A stretch of 58,836 nt of DNA, counting the filler, from Catajapyx aquilonaris (lineage: Eukaryota): the NCBI GenBank assembly GCA_000934665.2. It is 4 parts of 4 records of this genome, joined end to end, with 100 filler letters (N's around TTAATTAATTAA, not from the genome) between each part and the next. Parts side by side here need not be neighbours in the genome. Positions count along the whole stretch, not along the records: positions 1 to 14,689 come from KZ539726.1; 3 more parts are not named here. One strand, given 5' to 3'. Each line of letters begins with the position of its first letter. The first letter of the stretch is position 1. This document shows positions 1 through 13,664 of this stretch, piece by piece. The notes under the pieces are model-generated. The model was not told the origin of the DNA. It saw nothing but the letters and a program-made list of their open reading frames with translations, and searched no databases. The position numbers and the translations under genes are program-made.

Positions 1-1576
1 GCTCTTTTGCTGCTGATTCTCAAACCCTATGGAATGCAGATGCTGCCTCTGACCTTTAGCACTTCTTGTGTACCCATACAGCGACGCCTCAAGTTACGCC
101 AGGTTTGGATCACGAGGCCTGAAAAAAATGCCAAAAGATAGATATAGGTTGTGGACAGTGTCCATAAAGAGTCCACTATACGTCTCTGCCTTCGCAATTT
201 TCTGGATGGCCTCCCGCCACACAAGTATGACTCGTCCCCTATCTCCTCGTTTTCAAGAGAAAAAAAAGTAGAGTCGGAACCTGACTCTTAAAAAAAATTG
301 TAAGAAAAAAGAGGAAGAAGAAAATTGATTCCGGTCCTCTGCCTTCCTCCGTTGGCCAGAAAACGGCGGAAACGAATAACCGCTTTGCCGGTTGGATGCT
401 GTGGCCAGAGAAGAAGAAAAGGAAGCCAAGAAGAGAAGATGCGTCCAGAGTATACCATCCAGAACCTCTCATTTAAAAAGACAATAATTAAAAATATAAA
501 TTGCGCCAGTTTGGACGCACCCGTTTTGTTTCAAACACCCGCGAAAAATGATCACTTCTCTGTTGCCAATTCGGATTACGTTGCCTTACCTACCTGCTAA
601 TCCTGTAGATATTGAACAGTTAAAATAGTCCAGCACGTGAAAAAAGTGCACGTGAATAGTATTGTTATTAACCACGCTTACATTCGAAAAAAGTTGCGGT
701 ACTTTGTGTGCTTTGCAACTGTATAGACTACTATGGAAAGCCATTTTAAAATGTCACTTTTCATACCCCCTTTATTTCTTACGTGTTGGTCACCATCCAT
801 TTGTCATTTCTATTAGCCTCCAGAATCGTCCATAAAGCACCATGCATACAAACTAATCATTTGATTTGTGTAACAAACAAACAAACAAACAAACAATAAA
901 ACACGATGACACTTCCCTATATATGAAAGGGACAGCCAGCCGTAATTAACGGATTGTTGGTCAACACTACGGAATTATTTGGGTAGGCCTACCAACTGAA
1001 CCCACCTTGACGTTCTGATCAGTTTGCAATTTTTTTTAAGGTTGGTACGCCTGGCCCACGTTCAGGTGTAACTCGTGGCGTTTCGGATTCTGAGCCCTAT
1101 AAAGACTTAGAATGTGGAAGACTAAAGATTGCGGCCAATTGTTGTTTCTCCTTTCCCCCCCTCCTGTAATGCGGTTGGAGGGAGTTATCCATCGGCATCT
1201 TTCCTTCTTTTTTTTAAGAGAGAGAGAAGTGTCGGCATCCCAATCCCCTCTCTGCCCAAAAAACCCCTCCCATCCCACCCATCCCCTCACTCTTTGTGCA
1301 GCCCGGGGGCCAAACCAAACACGCGGACATCACTTCGCCATTCGAAACATCGATCACCGCCGCAACCAAGCCCCCCCCCANCCCCAACCAAGCCCCCTCC
1401 ACCACCAGCCATCCACCCACGCCTGCCAACCCCTCCCCAATCTTCTATCTCCAAAAGTGAAGCAGCATCCAGTGCCCCACATATTATACATCTTCGGTTC
1501 ACTCTTCTGGGGGAGGTCAGGCAGGCCAACACCCGCGCATCTGCTACTCTCATGGACTTCAATGTAATCAGTCAAA

Positions 1577-1742
1577 TACTGCTGGGGACAGTACTGGTGG
1601 CGCAACGAGCCGATGGCGGTGAAAGAGCGAATCGAAAGTTGCCTCCGGATGACCACCTTCATTTCATTTTTTAAGACGGAGGCAAATTTCAATTCGCTCT
1701 TTTGCCGCCATCGGCTAGTGGCGCAACCAATGTCCAGCAGTG
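1577..1742. repeat. Imperfect palindrome / short MITE-like fold-back
   Basis: Left arm ...GCCGATGGCGGTGAAAGAGCGAATCGAAAGTTGCCTCCG pairs with right arm CGGAGGCAAATTTCAATTCGCTCTTTTGCCGCCATCGGC...; arms about 65-70 bp around a ~28-nt loop. Confidence 0.75.
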
Positions 1743-2197
1743 CACCATTTTGTTTGGACCGTGTGCCTGTGCAGTCGACGACCAAAAGTTGTCGGTTTGA
1801 CAGCTTGTGTTTGAATTTTGGGAATGTGGGTCCCGGTGTCACCTCGACAGCCATTGGTTGTGTAGCATTGCAAAACTGCGTGCAGCTCTGAGGCCGGCTT
1901 AGCATGACGCAACTGTACAATTCAATGGCGCGGTTTGTTCCATATACGCAGATTTCAACATGTGCAAGTCCAATCGAGCCCTCCCGTACCCCCACTCGGC
2001 AAAGGATTATCACTGCTCATAAATGTGGGGAAATCCGGGATTTGCGGGCTTCCCCCCTCCTATGTTTAGATGATCCCGGTTGTAAAATGGGACGCCCCCC
2101 CTGTTTTAAAGCAGGGATGGGTTGGCAGGCTCTGGTGTGTGTGTGTGTGTCTGTTTGATTCCCGCCCCGCCCCGAGCCTCTTTCCCGCCCTCTTGTT

Positions 2198-2304
2198 NNN
2201 NNNNNNNNNNNNNNNNNNNNNNNNNNNNNNNNNNNNNNNNNNNNNNNNNNNNNNNNNNNNNNNNNNNNNNNNNNNNNNNNNNNNNNNNNNNNNNNNNNNN
2301 NNNN
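2198..2304. other. Assembly gap (107 N) inside contig 1
   Basis: N run next to a poly-C tract. Confidence 0.98.
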
Positions 2305-2852
2305 CCCCCCCCCCCCCTCCCATCCACCCCCCCTCTGTTGCCACCTCTGCCACGCTTCCACGATCGGTCAAATGGCACGACCATCTTCTGCCATGCTAAT
2401 CAAGGACTCCAGAGGGGGGGTGGGTGGGGTGTGTTGATTTAAAGAGGGAGAGAGAGAGAGAGAGAGAGAGAGACCACAACAAAAAGGGAAAAGGGGTGGA
2501 AATCTTTATTGATTTGCGTTCAGAAGGGTTGGCAAAAGGACCGCAACAAAATTATTGATATTGTCTCAGGTCAGTTGGTGACACACTTGCTGACTCTATG
2601 GATTTTGGCAAAAGTTTCTGGAATCGGCCCGGCTGGTGTTTCCGGATACCACAGCCGAGTCCCCAAATGTTGTAAAGAACCAAAGTTTTTAGCTAAAATT
2701 TCGACCCCAAAGTATATGAGCCATATTTTCAACTCAGATTGTAGCCTATACTTGTAGTAGTTCGGATAAAAATTGAATGGAACGGATTAGCAAAATTCGC
2801 TCATAATAATTTTAGACAATTGTACAATCAGGGTGTTACAAAAGTATTAATT

Positions 2853-3129
2853 GAAGCGTTGACATATGGGGTAAGTCACAAATAGAAAATGTGCCTCAAC
2901 AAGAAGAAGAAAAAGTAGCCTACATTTCAATGTTAAACTCGTAAACTGCTGTTACTCATCAGTTTACTTTTCTTACATTTTGAACAAAATCTAACAATAT
3001 GAAAGATTTTGGTGTAACATAAGTTGATAAAAATCTGCTTCACAATGTTCTCAACCCGGTTTTTTTTGGATTGCCCCTGCCAAAAAAATGCATTTTTGTG
3101 ACTTACGCCCTTTTCCGTGCCAATGCCTC
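2853..3129. mobile_element. Degenerate non-autonomous DNA transposon (Sola-like MITE)
   Basis: Left end GAAGCGTTGACATATGGGGTAAGTCACAAA resembles the reverse complement of the right end (GAGGCATTGGCACGGAAAAGGGCGTAAGTCACAAA); flanks AATT/AATG. Confidence 0.5.
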
Positions 3130-3916
3130 AATGGTTTGTTTCAATTAATGACCTTCTGGCAGTAATCTGTTTATTTTCAGCCAGTAACGATAAAAAAACG
3201 CACAATAATTTTTTTAAATAAATTGAATGCAATTTGAAGTCTTAACGCTAGTTTAGCTTTCCCCATAATTTTTGTTATCAAGTTTTAAAATGCGTCAGAT
3301 TTGGAAGAGTCGTTTTTATTAGTGCAGACAGCTTGTCCATTACACTGAAACATTTCTTTTGGTCGTTCTCTCTCTGAAGTATTTTTTTCTTCTTCATCCT
3401 GACGAGTATGGGACCCGTTCGGTTCTCTTGCGTTGAGTGGATGCGTGCAACCAGGGGCTGACCTGCAAAACACAAAATAATAAGGAATATAGTTTGAGCG
3501 CAAGTAGTGCGATGATGGGCTATAGTATAGAAATAACAGTCCAGTGTGTGTGTGTGCCAGAGGATGGGGGGGAGAGTGGTTGTCGTCACCCGATGGCCAT
3601 CACCCTCCTATTTCCAGCCTCCTGGCCGCATCCGCGCCTGAGCCTGGATTTGGGTGGGGAGGGGAGGGGAAGGGAAGGGGAAGGGAGGGAAACCCCCGGA
3701 ATCTCAATGANCCCGGATATGAAAAAAAAAGAAGAGAGAGTTTTTGGATTGCATGCACGGCCATACTGCTTCTGCTTGGCCCACTCCTCCACTTTTGGCC
3801 CCTTCAGAAAAAATCACACACATAGCACACTCATTGTTGTCCGACACAATGTTTACACCTGGATCCAAACCGGGCGTCGTCGTCATTGTTATAGTTATGC
3901 TGGAAAACTACACATT

Positions 3917-4100
3917 AGTGACGTCACTCACATGTGACGTCACTGGCAAATGTGGAGATGCGTCTAGATTGGGGGGGGGGGGGATTTTTTTTGATAAAAG
4001 CGGCAACCCTGCTGCACATTATGCAAATCAGCCAATGAATTGCAGCAATTTCTGGCTGATGGGGGCTGGAAGATTGGTTGGGTGGATCATGTGACCAATA
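3917..4100. promoter_or_regulatory. Motif cluster: two CRE palindromes, an octamer and CCAAT boxes
   Basis: TGACGTCA twice within 3917-3944, ATGCAAAT at 4021, CCAAT/ATTGG at ~4033, ~4073 and ~4095; function inferred only. Confidence 0.35.
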
Positions 4101-5986
4101 GGGTTACTACACATTCGGATGACAAAATTAAGGTTGGATTCTCTGGAGAATTAATCGGGTTTTTTTTCTTCTGTACAAGCAAGTCATTATGCTGTAGTGC
4201 AGAAGCAAAAATTTGCGAAATCAACAAATTCTCAACCGTATATATGCTGATAGGTCCATTAATGTATTTTGAGTGGTTTTTCTGTTTGTCTCCATATGAA
4301 TATAATATACGAATATTTTTGGATGAAGTTTCACTTGTTACCCTCCCAGTAACGTGTAACATTTCCATCAACTTCAGTAAATATTTAACTTACCATTACT
4401 AAAAATGTCTTTAAGAAGTTATTACTGATGTGTCCATCGGGGGGACAATTTTGCCAAAGAAATCAGCGCTGTTTCAATGACAAAATGAACAGAAAACTAC
4501 CTAATATAGTTCAGAAAGTAATTTGAGATTAAATCAATTATTAATTATCGCGACGAATTTCGCTTCCTAAACAAGTGCGGTGACACCTTATCCGCAAAAT
4601 TATCCATAATTGGGCAGATTTCCGTTATTAAATGAGAAAGTGTTTTTCTATTACGAACAATTTTTACAGTAATATTCCACTACATCTAGGGTCTGCTTCA
4701 GACCGGTATCCCTGTGTGGTCGTAACATTTAGAAAATTATACGTGTAGTTATTATTTGCCACAGATCTTTGCTGGTTCTCAACCGCAAGCGCCAGTAATT
4801 GCAAGTCAATTAAACCTTGGGATTGCTATTGGAGCAAAACTATACTCGCAGGTTTCAGGGAAAAAAAACGGAGCCGCGCCTAGGAAATTAAATGATAACT
4901 TTTATTTTAAGAAGAAGAAAAAAAGAGTGTCGATCCGAAGGAAAAGTGGGCGAAACCAGTATTAGTCCCCAAGTAAACGGTGCGGTTTTTCGAAGGGTTT
5001 CTTTCCCTCCCACCCTTTTCCCCTCTTTCTCCAGCACAATTTTTTTCCCCAATTTGGAGCCATAAATTAGGTTGCGCGTCAGGAACCTTCTAATTTCCAG
5101 TTTGCGGGAGAAAATGGGGGTACCTGGGCCACCACTAAAACTAATTCCTTCCCAAAAAAAAATAAACCTCAGCCGAGGAACTAACAGTGGGGGAAAAAAA
5201 TGATCAAAAAGGAAAAGAATCCTAACCAGCTTCCTTTTTCGAAAATGCCTGGGCTCTCTTATACAAACTCGGCGCATTCTTGTGGTAATCGCTTCCTGAA
5301 TCCCCCCCCCCCCTCTCTCTCTTTCTACCCCCTCTGGGCCATCAAAGCCCAATCACTTGGGCAGGTAAGCAGCATTTCATTACGGTTCGGACCTTATCCC
5401 GTACCGGCGCTCGCCTAATAAAATACCTCGGCTCCAAAGTCGTGACTGGAAGGTGGGACTCCAGCCCTGCCTCCCCACGTCTGTTATCCCTCCCTTTGAT
5501 GGTAGATGAACATTTTCCCACTTCATGTCCAGCCAGAATTTCTGCAGAATGTTGACGTTCACTTAGCTTCAAGCTGCTCATGCTGTAAATAATAACACCC
5601 AGTAGAAAACCCGCACGAACACGGAGAGAACCTAGGACATAATCCTTCATTTCCGTGCAGCATCCCTACAGCAGCATCAGAGCAGAGAGAGACTCATTAC
5701 CATTTTGGTTCATTTGTCCTGCAAAGTTGAGGGCTGGCAGATTTGTAAATGCGCCAGCAACAATTATTCTGGGCGCGAAGGATACTAATTATCTCGATGA
5801 ACTCGGCTGATCAATCCGCCTGTCTCCGCTGCTTCCCTCCCTTAAAATAAATGCCTGTTTATTTCCGGGGACTCCCCTACATCCGCAGGTATCCGGTCAA
5901 AAATATGCCAATAATAACACTGCCTGTTACATATAGAGACAGTGTCAAATAGGAACAACCACCTCATTTAAAAAAATACAAAAACC

Positions 5987-6114
5987 CTCGCTTCGCTCAA
6001 TTTTTCTATGCCTGCGGACTGCGGTTACGGAAACATTTTTTCTACGCCTGCGGCGGTTACAGAAACATTTTTTTCTACGCCTGCGGCGGTTTAGGGACAC
6101 ACTCGCTTCGCTCG
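5987..6114. repeat. Short tandem repeat (~33-bp unit x3) bracketed by CTCGCTTCGCTC
   Basis: TTTTTCTA(T/C)GCCTGCGG..CGGTT repeated three times; probably a TE fragment. Confidence 0.6.
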
Positions 6115-9100
6115 GTTTTTTTTTCGAATAAAACTTTATGGTGTGTCCTAGCTGGTGGCGACCTAACGAAAAATTCTGTGCCAGCCTCCGAGTCTTTGAC
6201 ATTGCATTTGCAGACACGCTGTTGAATTAATGAGACTCGAGCTTGGCAACCTTGTAAGAGAGATCTCCCCNCCTTCCCACCCCAAACCCTCCCCACCTGG
6301 CTGGTTTTGGCGGCGACCCGACCCTCCGCCCCGTAAGACAGGTAGCTGGGAGGCACCTGCCCCCCCACCCTCCACCCACCCTGCCCTAACCCCATGCATA
6401 CATTATCGGCCTCCTTTTTTGTGTGTACTAGTCCTGTCTCGGTACACATGCCGCCCAATGCCCCAGCCGTATTGTTCAAGAGATGCCTGATTACAGCTTC
6501 GAAGAAAACAAAAAACAACAGTATCCCCCCCCTCGATGTCTGGAGGTGTGTGACGAGGTCCGAGTTGGGTGATTACGACGTTGACCAATCGGAGTGGCTG
6601 TAAATTTAGGCCGACGACGCCGTTAGTGCCAAGGCACACCAGCATTGCCAGCTCTTTTTTTTCCCCCAAGCACAAAACAACAAAAGACCAAAGTTGGAAG
6701 GGGACACGACCCCCAAAAGGTCAGGCTAAGAAGACGCTGCCGTAAATGCCGCACCCAAATAATCATTAACAGGGACCCTATACCATTTATATATATATTT
6801 TTCTCTCTTACTCCCGGAAGCATGCCTTTTTTTTCCCTCCTGGGTAGTAAAAATGACATAAAGGGCCTTTTGATAGCCCCATATGCTTACAAATCGGCCC
6901 TCTCTATAGTCATTACCAGCGGTACAAACATCAGGAGACCTTCGGCCCTTACCAAAACACACCTCGCACTTGACTCGTCGAAACCGTTTCATCCTCCAGA
7001 TATGTGCGGCCTGCCCAACAACTGCTGTAATATATCGATGGGCTCGCTTCCAAGCCATTGTTGTCCACGTGGCGATGACAGAACAATGGGCCGCGATGTG
7101 ACACGGTGAGCAGCAGAAGATGAAAAAAAAAGAAGAAAGTGGTCGCAAGTTGACTGCTTTATGTATCCTCCATAGCTAGCTGGTGTGTATATATTTTTTC
7201 TCCAGTTTTTATTTTGACCTGAAAAGGCTTTGTGGGAGCGGCTCCAATGTTGTCGGATTGTTTTGTTTGGTAGGTCAGCCCAGCAGACTTTAGCTTCGCC
7301 TCCTCCAACAGTCACGTGCCACACATTCTATCTCTCTCTCTCTCCCACCGGCTACCACTCCTTCCCAAAAAACGAGTTTATCATGCCTGCTAGGGTACAT
7401 TTTCTCAACGGGGTTTTTTGGGAGAAGAAAAAATGGGGGGGGGGAGCTATTTCTCTCGCAGCTATTACACATCGCAACATACACCTGGGCCACCAATCGC
7501 GGAATCCGGCGCGTGTTCCGGAGCCAAAAAATCGGCCCCGGTATGAATTAATTTCCTGACAAGTGTAATAACCGTTTAAGTCCCGGTCGTCTGCAATTTA
7601 TTCTCCACCGTTGGGATTTATAGCCAGACTAATAACTCTTTGGAGGAAGAAGAAGGCACCTGCATTATGATCTCGGCTCGTTTGTTTATTATTTTTTTGT
7701 GGGGGGGAAACTTACGAATGTGAGCATTTCCGGGAAAGGATAGCCTGCGGGGTTGTAAATATAAGGAGTTGTCATCCAGCCAGCAGCTGCCAAGCGAATG
7801 ATGAAGATTTCCGTCCCCACTCCTTGCGCACTTTATTCCGCCATGATAGATGATCAAGTATGGAAGGTGGGGTGGGTGGTTAGTAGAAGACGGTGCAAGG
7901 GTGTGGGGTGGTTCAGTGACCGTGGGGAGGGGCTGGGATTTACGACACTCCCCAGGAAAAAAAAAGCCTTGGAGGGGTTCGTAAGTTGAGTTGGGTTGGT
8001 AAGTGGCCAAAAGCCCAGAGTCAAATGGAAGGGGGGAATTGAAGTGGGTCACCTTGAATCGCCCCCCTGTGGAGGGTGGGGCGGGCATTTATAGGTGGGG
8101 GTGGTGAAGTTGGTATGAAGGTAAGGGGAGGGGGGGCACCTTCTCTCTCTCTCTCTCTCCCCAAATTATATGCCCCATGACAGCTAGCCACGACTGATGG
8201 CGTCCTCTTATCCTATAGTCTTGCTTTTTGTCCCGATCGGAAATTGTCCGATCATACTCTCACTCCACACCTTCCATCTTCCCTCTCAAAAAAAAAAATT
8301 TGTACCCCGAGGACCTATCAGGTGGATAGATTGATCAACTCGTATAGCCAACACCTGGGCCAACTCCCAAAAATTTCAGCAGCATCATTCCTGATGGAAG
8401 AAGAGGCTCAGACATACCACAATCAGCAGTTCGAGAAACCTGGATTTTTTTTTATCTAATCGAAGGTTCTCCCGTGGTATTGTCCAAAAAAACAATTTAT
8501 TAAAAATCCATTAGTCTATCTCAACATGCTTTTTTTTATTTTTAAAAAAATGCGTGTCGCGCAAGTCTGTAAGGGGAGATTTAAAAATGGCCAAAGTTTC
8601 CCCCCCTCCGATGCGACGACTTCATACGTCGATGCATATTAAGAGTCCGGAACGAATAAAAAGTTTTGTCGCTAACCAAGTGTAGCACCCTCAAACTCTC
8701 TGGGATAAAAAAAAAGCTAACCCTAAAAGTTTACAAATTGACAAAAATCGTAGCAAAAATTTTCCCGGTAATGTTTCCACTGCATTAGATGGCTGGAAAG
8801 CACATATATCACAGGATCTGTAAAATGCAACCCACGTGGATGACGAATATTGATAGGCATTGTCGCGGCCGATTTTGTTGTGTGCGCTTTTTGTTTCGTT
8901 TTTTTTTTTTTTTTCGTGACGAGATGTGGGGGTGGAAACGCCATTGTTCCCTGAGCACTTTTTCTTGTCGCCACCACGACATATTTTCCCGTTTCCATGT
9001 TATGGGAGGTGGAGAGTTGGGAGGGGGAGGGGAAAAAGTTACACTGCCAAATGCGGCCCCCCTTTTTTTTCTCTCTCTCTCTTTCTCTCTCACCCGTTTT

Positions 9101-12100
9101 GCCCGAGTGGCGAGAGCGGATTGTTGTTTCGCCAAATGGATTCTGTTGGGTGGGGTGTGGGTGGGGGGGGGGGTGAATAAGGCGAAAAACAAAAGTGGCA
9201 ACCCTGCCTCCCCCTTCCTTCCTCGCACCCCTTTTGCCTCTGCGGCTGACTTGGCACCAGAAATCAATAATCTCTTAAGGGTCTTGGTCTCTCTCGGAAG
9301 ACAACAACGGGCCACTAACAATACGTATCTGCATAACTCTAACCTATATACAGGGTGCTTCTGAAATCCATGGCACCATTTTTGTCGCATCGTGTTTTTG
9401 CGTATTCTGCTCAGAAATATTTCCGTCTTAGAAATGTTTGGGTTCCCTGCTTGCTTCTGCCTATCCCCCCCCCCACCCCAAACACAAATTGAATTTAAAT
9501 TTTGTTTTGGCGCCTTTCAAACGGGTGCATGGTGCGCCCTCATCCGGATGGCAGTAATTTCGGTGCTATTGTTGAGTTTGAGGTGGGGTTGGGTGGGGGG
9601 AAAAGGGGGCCCTTGGGGAAAAGCAGCAGCAGCAGCAGCGGCATCACTTCTTTGTCACCAAAAGCAGAAGCAAGCCGACTACGAATATAAGGGGGACTCG
9701 CAAAAAGCCACTTGCCACCACCGGGGGGGTCTTGTCGACAAATTATTGCGCCCCGCAAAATCCATTTTCTCTGTCCACATCACGTCTTCAGCTGCTGAAA
9801 TATTCTCTCGAGTAAAGCTTTTGCAAAAGCTGCGAGAGGAAGTGTGTCAATCCTGCAGCACCGCCGAATAAAAAGACAATGAATGCGGTGGTTTCACTGC
9901 ATCAATCAATGAATCGATAGCATCTCATTTCCCTTGCCTATAGAACCGCGGCGGGGGGAAACTGTGCTTCGACTTGGTTGTATACAGATTTTTATTATTA
10001 AAGTGCGGCTTTGCATAATTCCTGGGAGTATTCACTCTCTGGGGACACACAACTGTTTACGATGCCTCCGGTAATTGCAAATTTTATAGACCGAGCACGT
10101 ATATTCTACTGAAGAGTTGCAAGTACAGTGTTATTGACACACTGGGCGAGAAATAATAACTCGGTTAAAAATATAGCGAGTCGTTTGAATAATTCTCGGT
10201 AATTAAAATTGGTGATTTTAGTACAGGTTGTAAGTTTTTGTGGTCTGTTCGATGTTAGCGTAATACAGTGTGCGATGTAAACCTGTGCACGTGGAATGCG
10301 ATCTGTAATCATCGGCCGACAACATTCCCACATTATATCGTAAAGCATTGTTTGAAGACTGCATAAAACAGCGGAAGAATCTGAAGGTTAAATCCGCGTA
10401 CATTTCCGAGTGACATTGCATTATATGTGTCCCCAGAAGATAATCCGAAGCAATATTTTTGTTGTGGCGTTTCACGTGATAAAATATGTTAATGCCTATT
10501 GTCACTTTGCGATTATAAAAATCGCTTTAGGCGAGAATTCAGCGCCGAGCCTATTTTTCTCACTTTGCATAAAACTACGTGTACTGCAGTAATATTTTTT
10601 TATTAAATGAAGAAAGTTCCAACTTCACATATTTATCGGAATAATGCTATACCTTCGCCCTTTTTATTTTCCAAAAATAAAATAAAAATCCGCGTTTTTT
10701 CATGTTTTGTTGAGAGAGAGAGAGGTCACTATAAATTAGCATAAGCACGCAAAAATGAAGGTTCATGCGAGATGTGTACATGCACATTACTATGTCTGTA
10801 TCCGTGAATTTCGACAGGCCTGAATCATCACCAATAGGTATCTTCCAGCGTATAATTGATCGCATGCTTCGAGTGCATTATATACCAATAAAACAATTAC
10901 AAACACGCTCCACATTATATTCCTCGGCATTGTTGACCACGCATCCCATGACTTGCGTAAAACTTGGGGTTTGTTTACATGAGACAGCAGTATTTTTTTT
11001 GAATGCTGAAAGAGGGTATCGTATGAATTCGTGGCAGACCAAAAAAAAAGAAGCAGTGTGGGTCCAAATAGCCCGCAATCTGAGTGCCAAGGTGCTTGTT
11101 ATAAGGGTTAAGGGTGGGGGAGAAGAAGAGAAGAGCCTATTAATTCATTGCGATGAGGGTCCGCAGCGGAAATTGCGTTAGGATTTGGCCCACTTAATTC
11201 CTTTTGTATAAAAGTGCGTGCGGTGGTGCAGCGCACAGGATTCGTACGGTATAAATAAAGCGTGCTGGGGATTTGGGGATGGGGGGCCTCTCTCTCTCCC
11301 TATAGCTCGAGGGCCCTTCTATATCTGCGTCCCCGTTCGTATGATTCAATTAATTCGTCCTGTGGGGGTTGACTTTGCGGACTGCAGGGAGACCCAGATG
11401 AGAGAAGAGATGAGGAGAGGGGGGGGATGCTGCCGGTGCCCCCAACAAGATGAGGATCATGCACCCTCCCTCCAGCACCACCCACACTTCATCTCGCTCT
11501 TTGTTCCCCTCCATCAATGCCCTTTATTTTGACATCGCCAATCTTCAGAGCCGCGCCAAGGAAACAACCAGAAGCCCGAGCCATTATTTGGTGGGCACAA
11601 TGCGACAAATACAACGCGAGCACTTGGAGAGTACTTGAACGCACTTGGGTTTGTGTTGTTCCCTTTTGTGAAAGCGGAAAGGGACTGAGTGAGGGCCATT
11701 GTGCTTGTCATAACCTTCTTCAAAAAGAGCCTTATTTGAAATAACAATATTTTAGGTGCCAATCCTAATCGCTATTAGCCCCCCCGTTCTAGATGCCAAA
11801 CAATCAGCTTTGCTTTCCTAGCTCATTCACTCCAGCAGTGTGTACAGAAAGGACTAATCAAAATGTTATTTTGGGATTGATGCAGCACGCGACACACCAG
11901 CAAGTGCTCCCAGGATGGCTCGTTTTAATATTTGGCAAAAAAAGATTGCGGAAGATCCGTGCTTAATTGCAAATCAATTACTGTCAATCAGTTCTGTTGG
12001 ATTCTGTAAACCATAAATTTCGACTATTGCTGTCTATATTTGTATTATTTTTGATAAAAATTCAAATACGACTCCATTTGTCAATTTCAATTTTCTGAGC

Positions 12101-13642
12101 AGTCAGATATTAACCTATACTAACTTAAACCATAATAAATTACTGCATTGTTTGAGTCGATTGTTGGTAGAATATTTTCGTTCAAAAGAAGGATTGAGCA
12201 GCAAACTACTCTAAAATAAATGTAAGAATTCGCACTTCTTGTCCGAGATAAAACACATTCGACGAATTTTTCGTCTCGTAATTATAGCATTACAATTGGC
12301 CGTTCAACGAGTGAATAATTCCTGGAATGAACAAAAACGTGGACAGGCAAGTCTGCAAGAAACATGTAAATGAAACCAGCGGTGTTATTCCTTTAAACTT
12401 TGGTCCGTTTTATTAATGCATAAAAATAGGCGAGGTAATAACGATTAGAGGTTGGGGGATGACTGGAGTGAGAGCATGAAGCGGGATCACGGCCTTTTGC
12501 TCGTATAGGGCGAGGATAAAATATAGTGAGAGAGAGAGTGGGGGAGAATGGAAAAGAATGGATGGGTTTCCTTCCCTCGGACTTTACATTGTTGTGGGTC
12601 CCAAGCGACGCGTGTGTCCCGGGGAATGAGCCCCATTGGAAGTGTCATATTATATAGAGAGAGAGACGCGGGAAAAGAAGGAGCCACTTTTCCCTCTACC
12701 CAGCAGCACATAACACTCTTATTGACCAGGCGATAAATCAATGCTGGCTGTCCGATATTGGTCTGCATGGATGACCAACACCCCCTCCTCTTTCTGTTTC
12801 CTCTGAAGGGGAAGAATTGGCAGTAGAGGGTGGGGGCACTGGAGGGGAACAATTTTCCTTCCCCATAATAATATAAGAGCCTCACTTTCCTTGCCAGTTG
12901 GACCACCGTGATTTTTTTTCCCCCCTACCCGCAACTTATTTGGGCTGACCAATCAAACACTTTCATTTATTTTTTTGTGTGGACGTGCAGTACTTTAGAT
13001 GGCACCTTTTGGTTGCTGTGTTAATGCCTAGAATTTCCATAGCAGACTTTCGTCCAGCCAACCCCCAGACTAACTTTAGTCCCAAAAAGAGAGCATGTTC
13101 CCTGCAAAACGTGTGCGGAACCGGAGCTCTCCCAAAAATACAGGAAAAAAAAAACCCTGGCCTTTGCTGCGAATTATTCAGAAAAGAGGATGTGTGTGCA
13201 GGCATTTCCCCCCTCCCTCACCCTTTTCTGAATGAAAATCCGTGGTGCAAAAAGCTCGAAATGAGAAGAGAGGTGGGGAGAGAAAAAAAAGTGCGGTAGG
13301 AAGGTAGAAATCTGATTGTGGTTTTGAAATGGCGGCGAATTTTTTTTTCCCGTCTCTTTTCTGGCACCCTCTGAGGTTGGTTATGGGTTTTGGGGGATGA
13401 AGTTATGAGATTGATTGGTGGCGAAGGGTGTCGGTTGGGTATGTGGGGGGAATAAGACTTATAATAACAATAACAGGGTGTCGTCGGGGGGACACTATTT
13501 CTTAGGTTGCTTCTCCCCCCATTAATGTTGCTTATTCTTTTAAGGGCCGGCGTCGGAGGCGTCGCTTCAGCTTCGGGGTTGGTTTTCCCCTCGGAAATCA
13601 GGGACGTTGATGAATGGGGCTCCGGGAGCGGGTGATTCACGG

Positions 13643-13664
13643 TGACCTGGCCGACCTTTGACCT
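13643..13664 (-). promoter_or_regulatory. Three nuclear-receptor half sites (DR1 plus DR3 spacing)
   Basis: Minus strand reads AGGTCA-A-AGGTCG-GCC-AGGTCA. Confidence 0.35.

Noticed and set aside
1..240. Minus-strand frame (LYLSFGIFFRPRDP...EASLYGY) faintly like a divergent ionotropic receptor S2 end
   Set aside because: In-frame stop, weak similarity, truncated at the window edge
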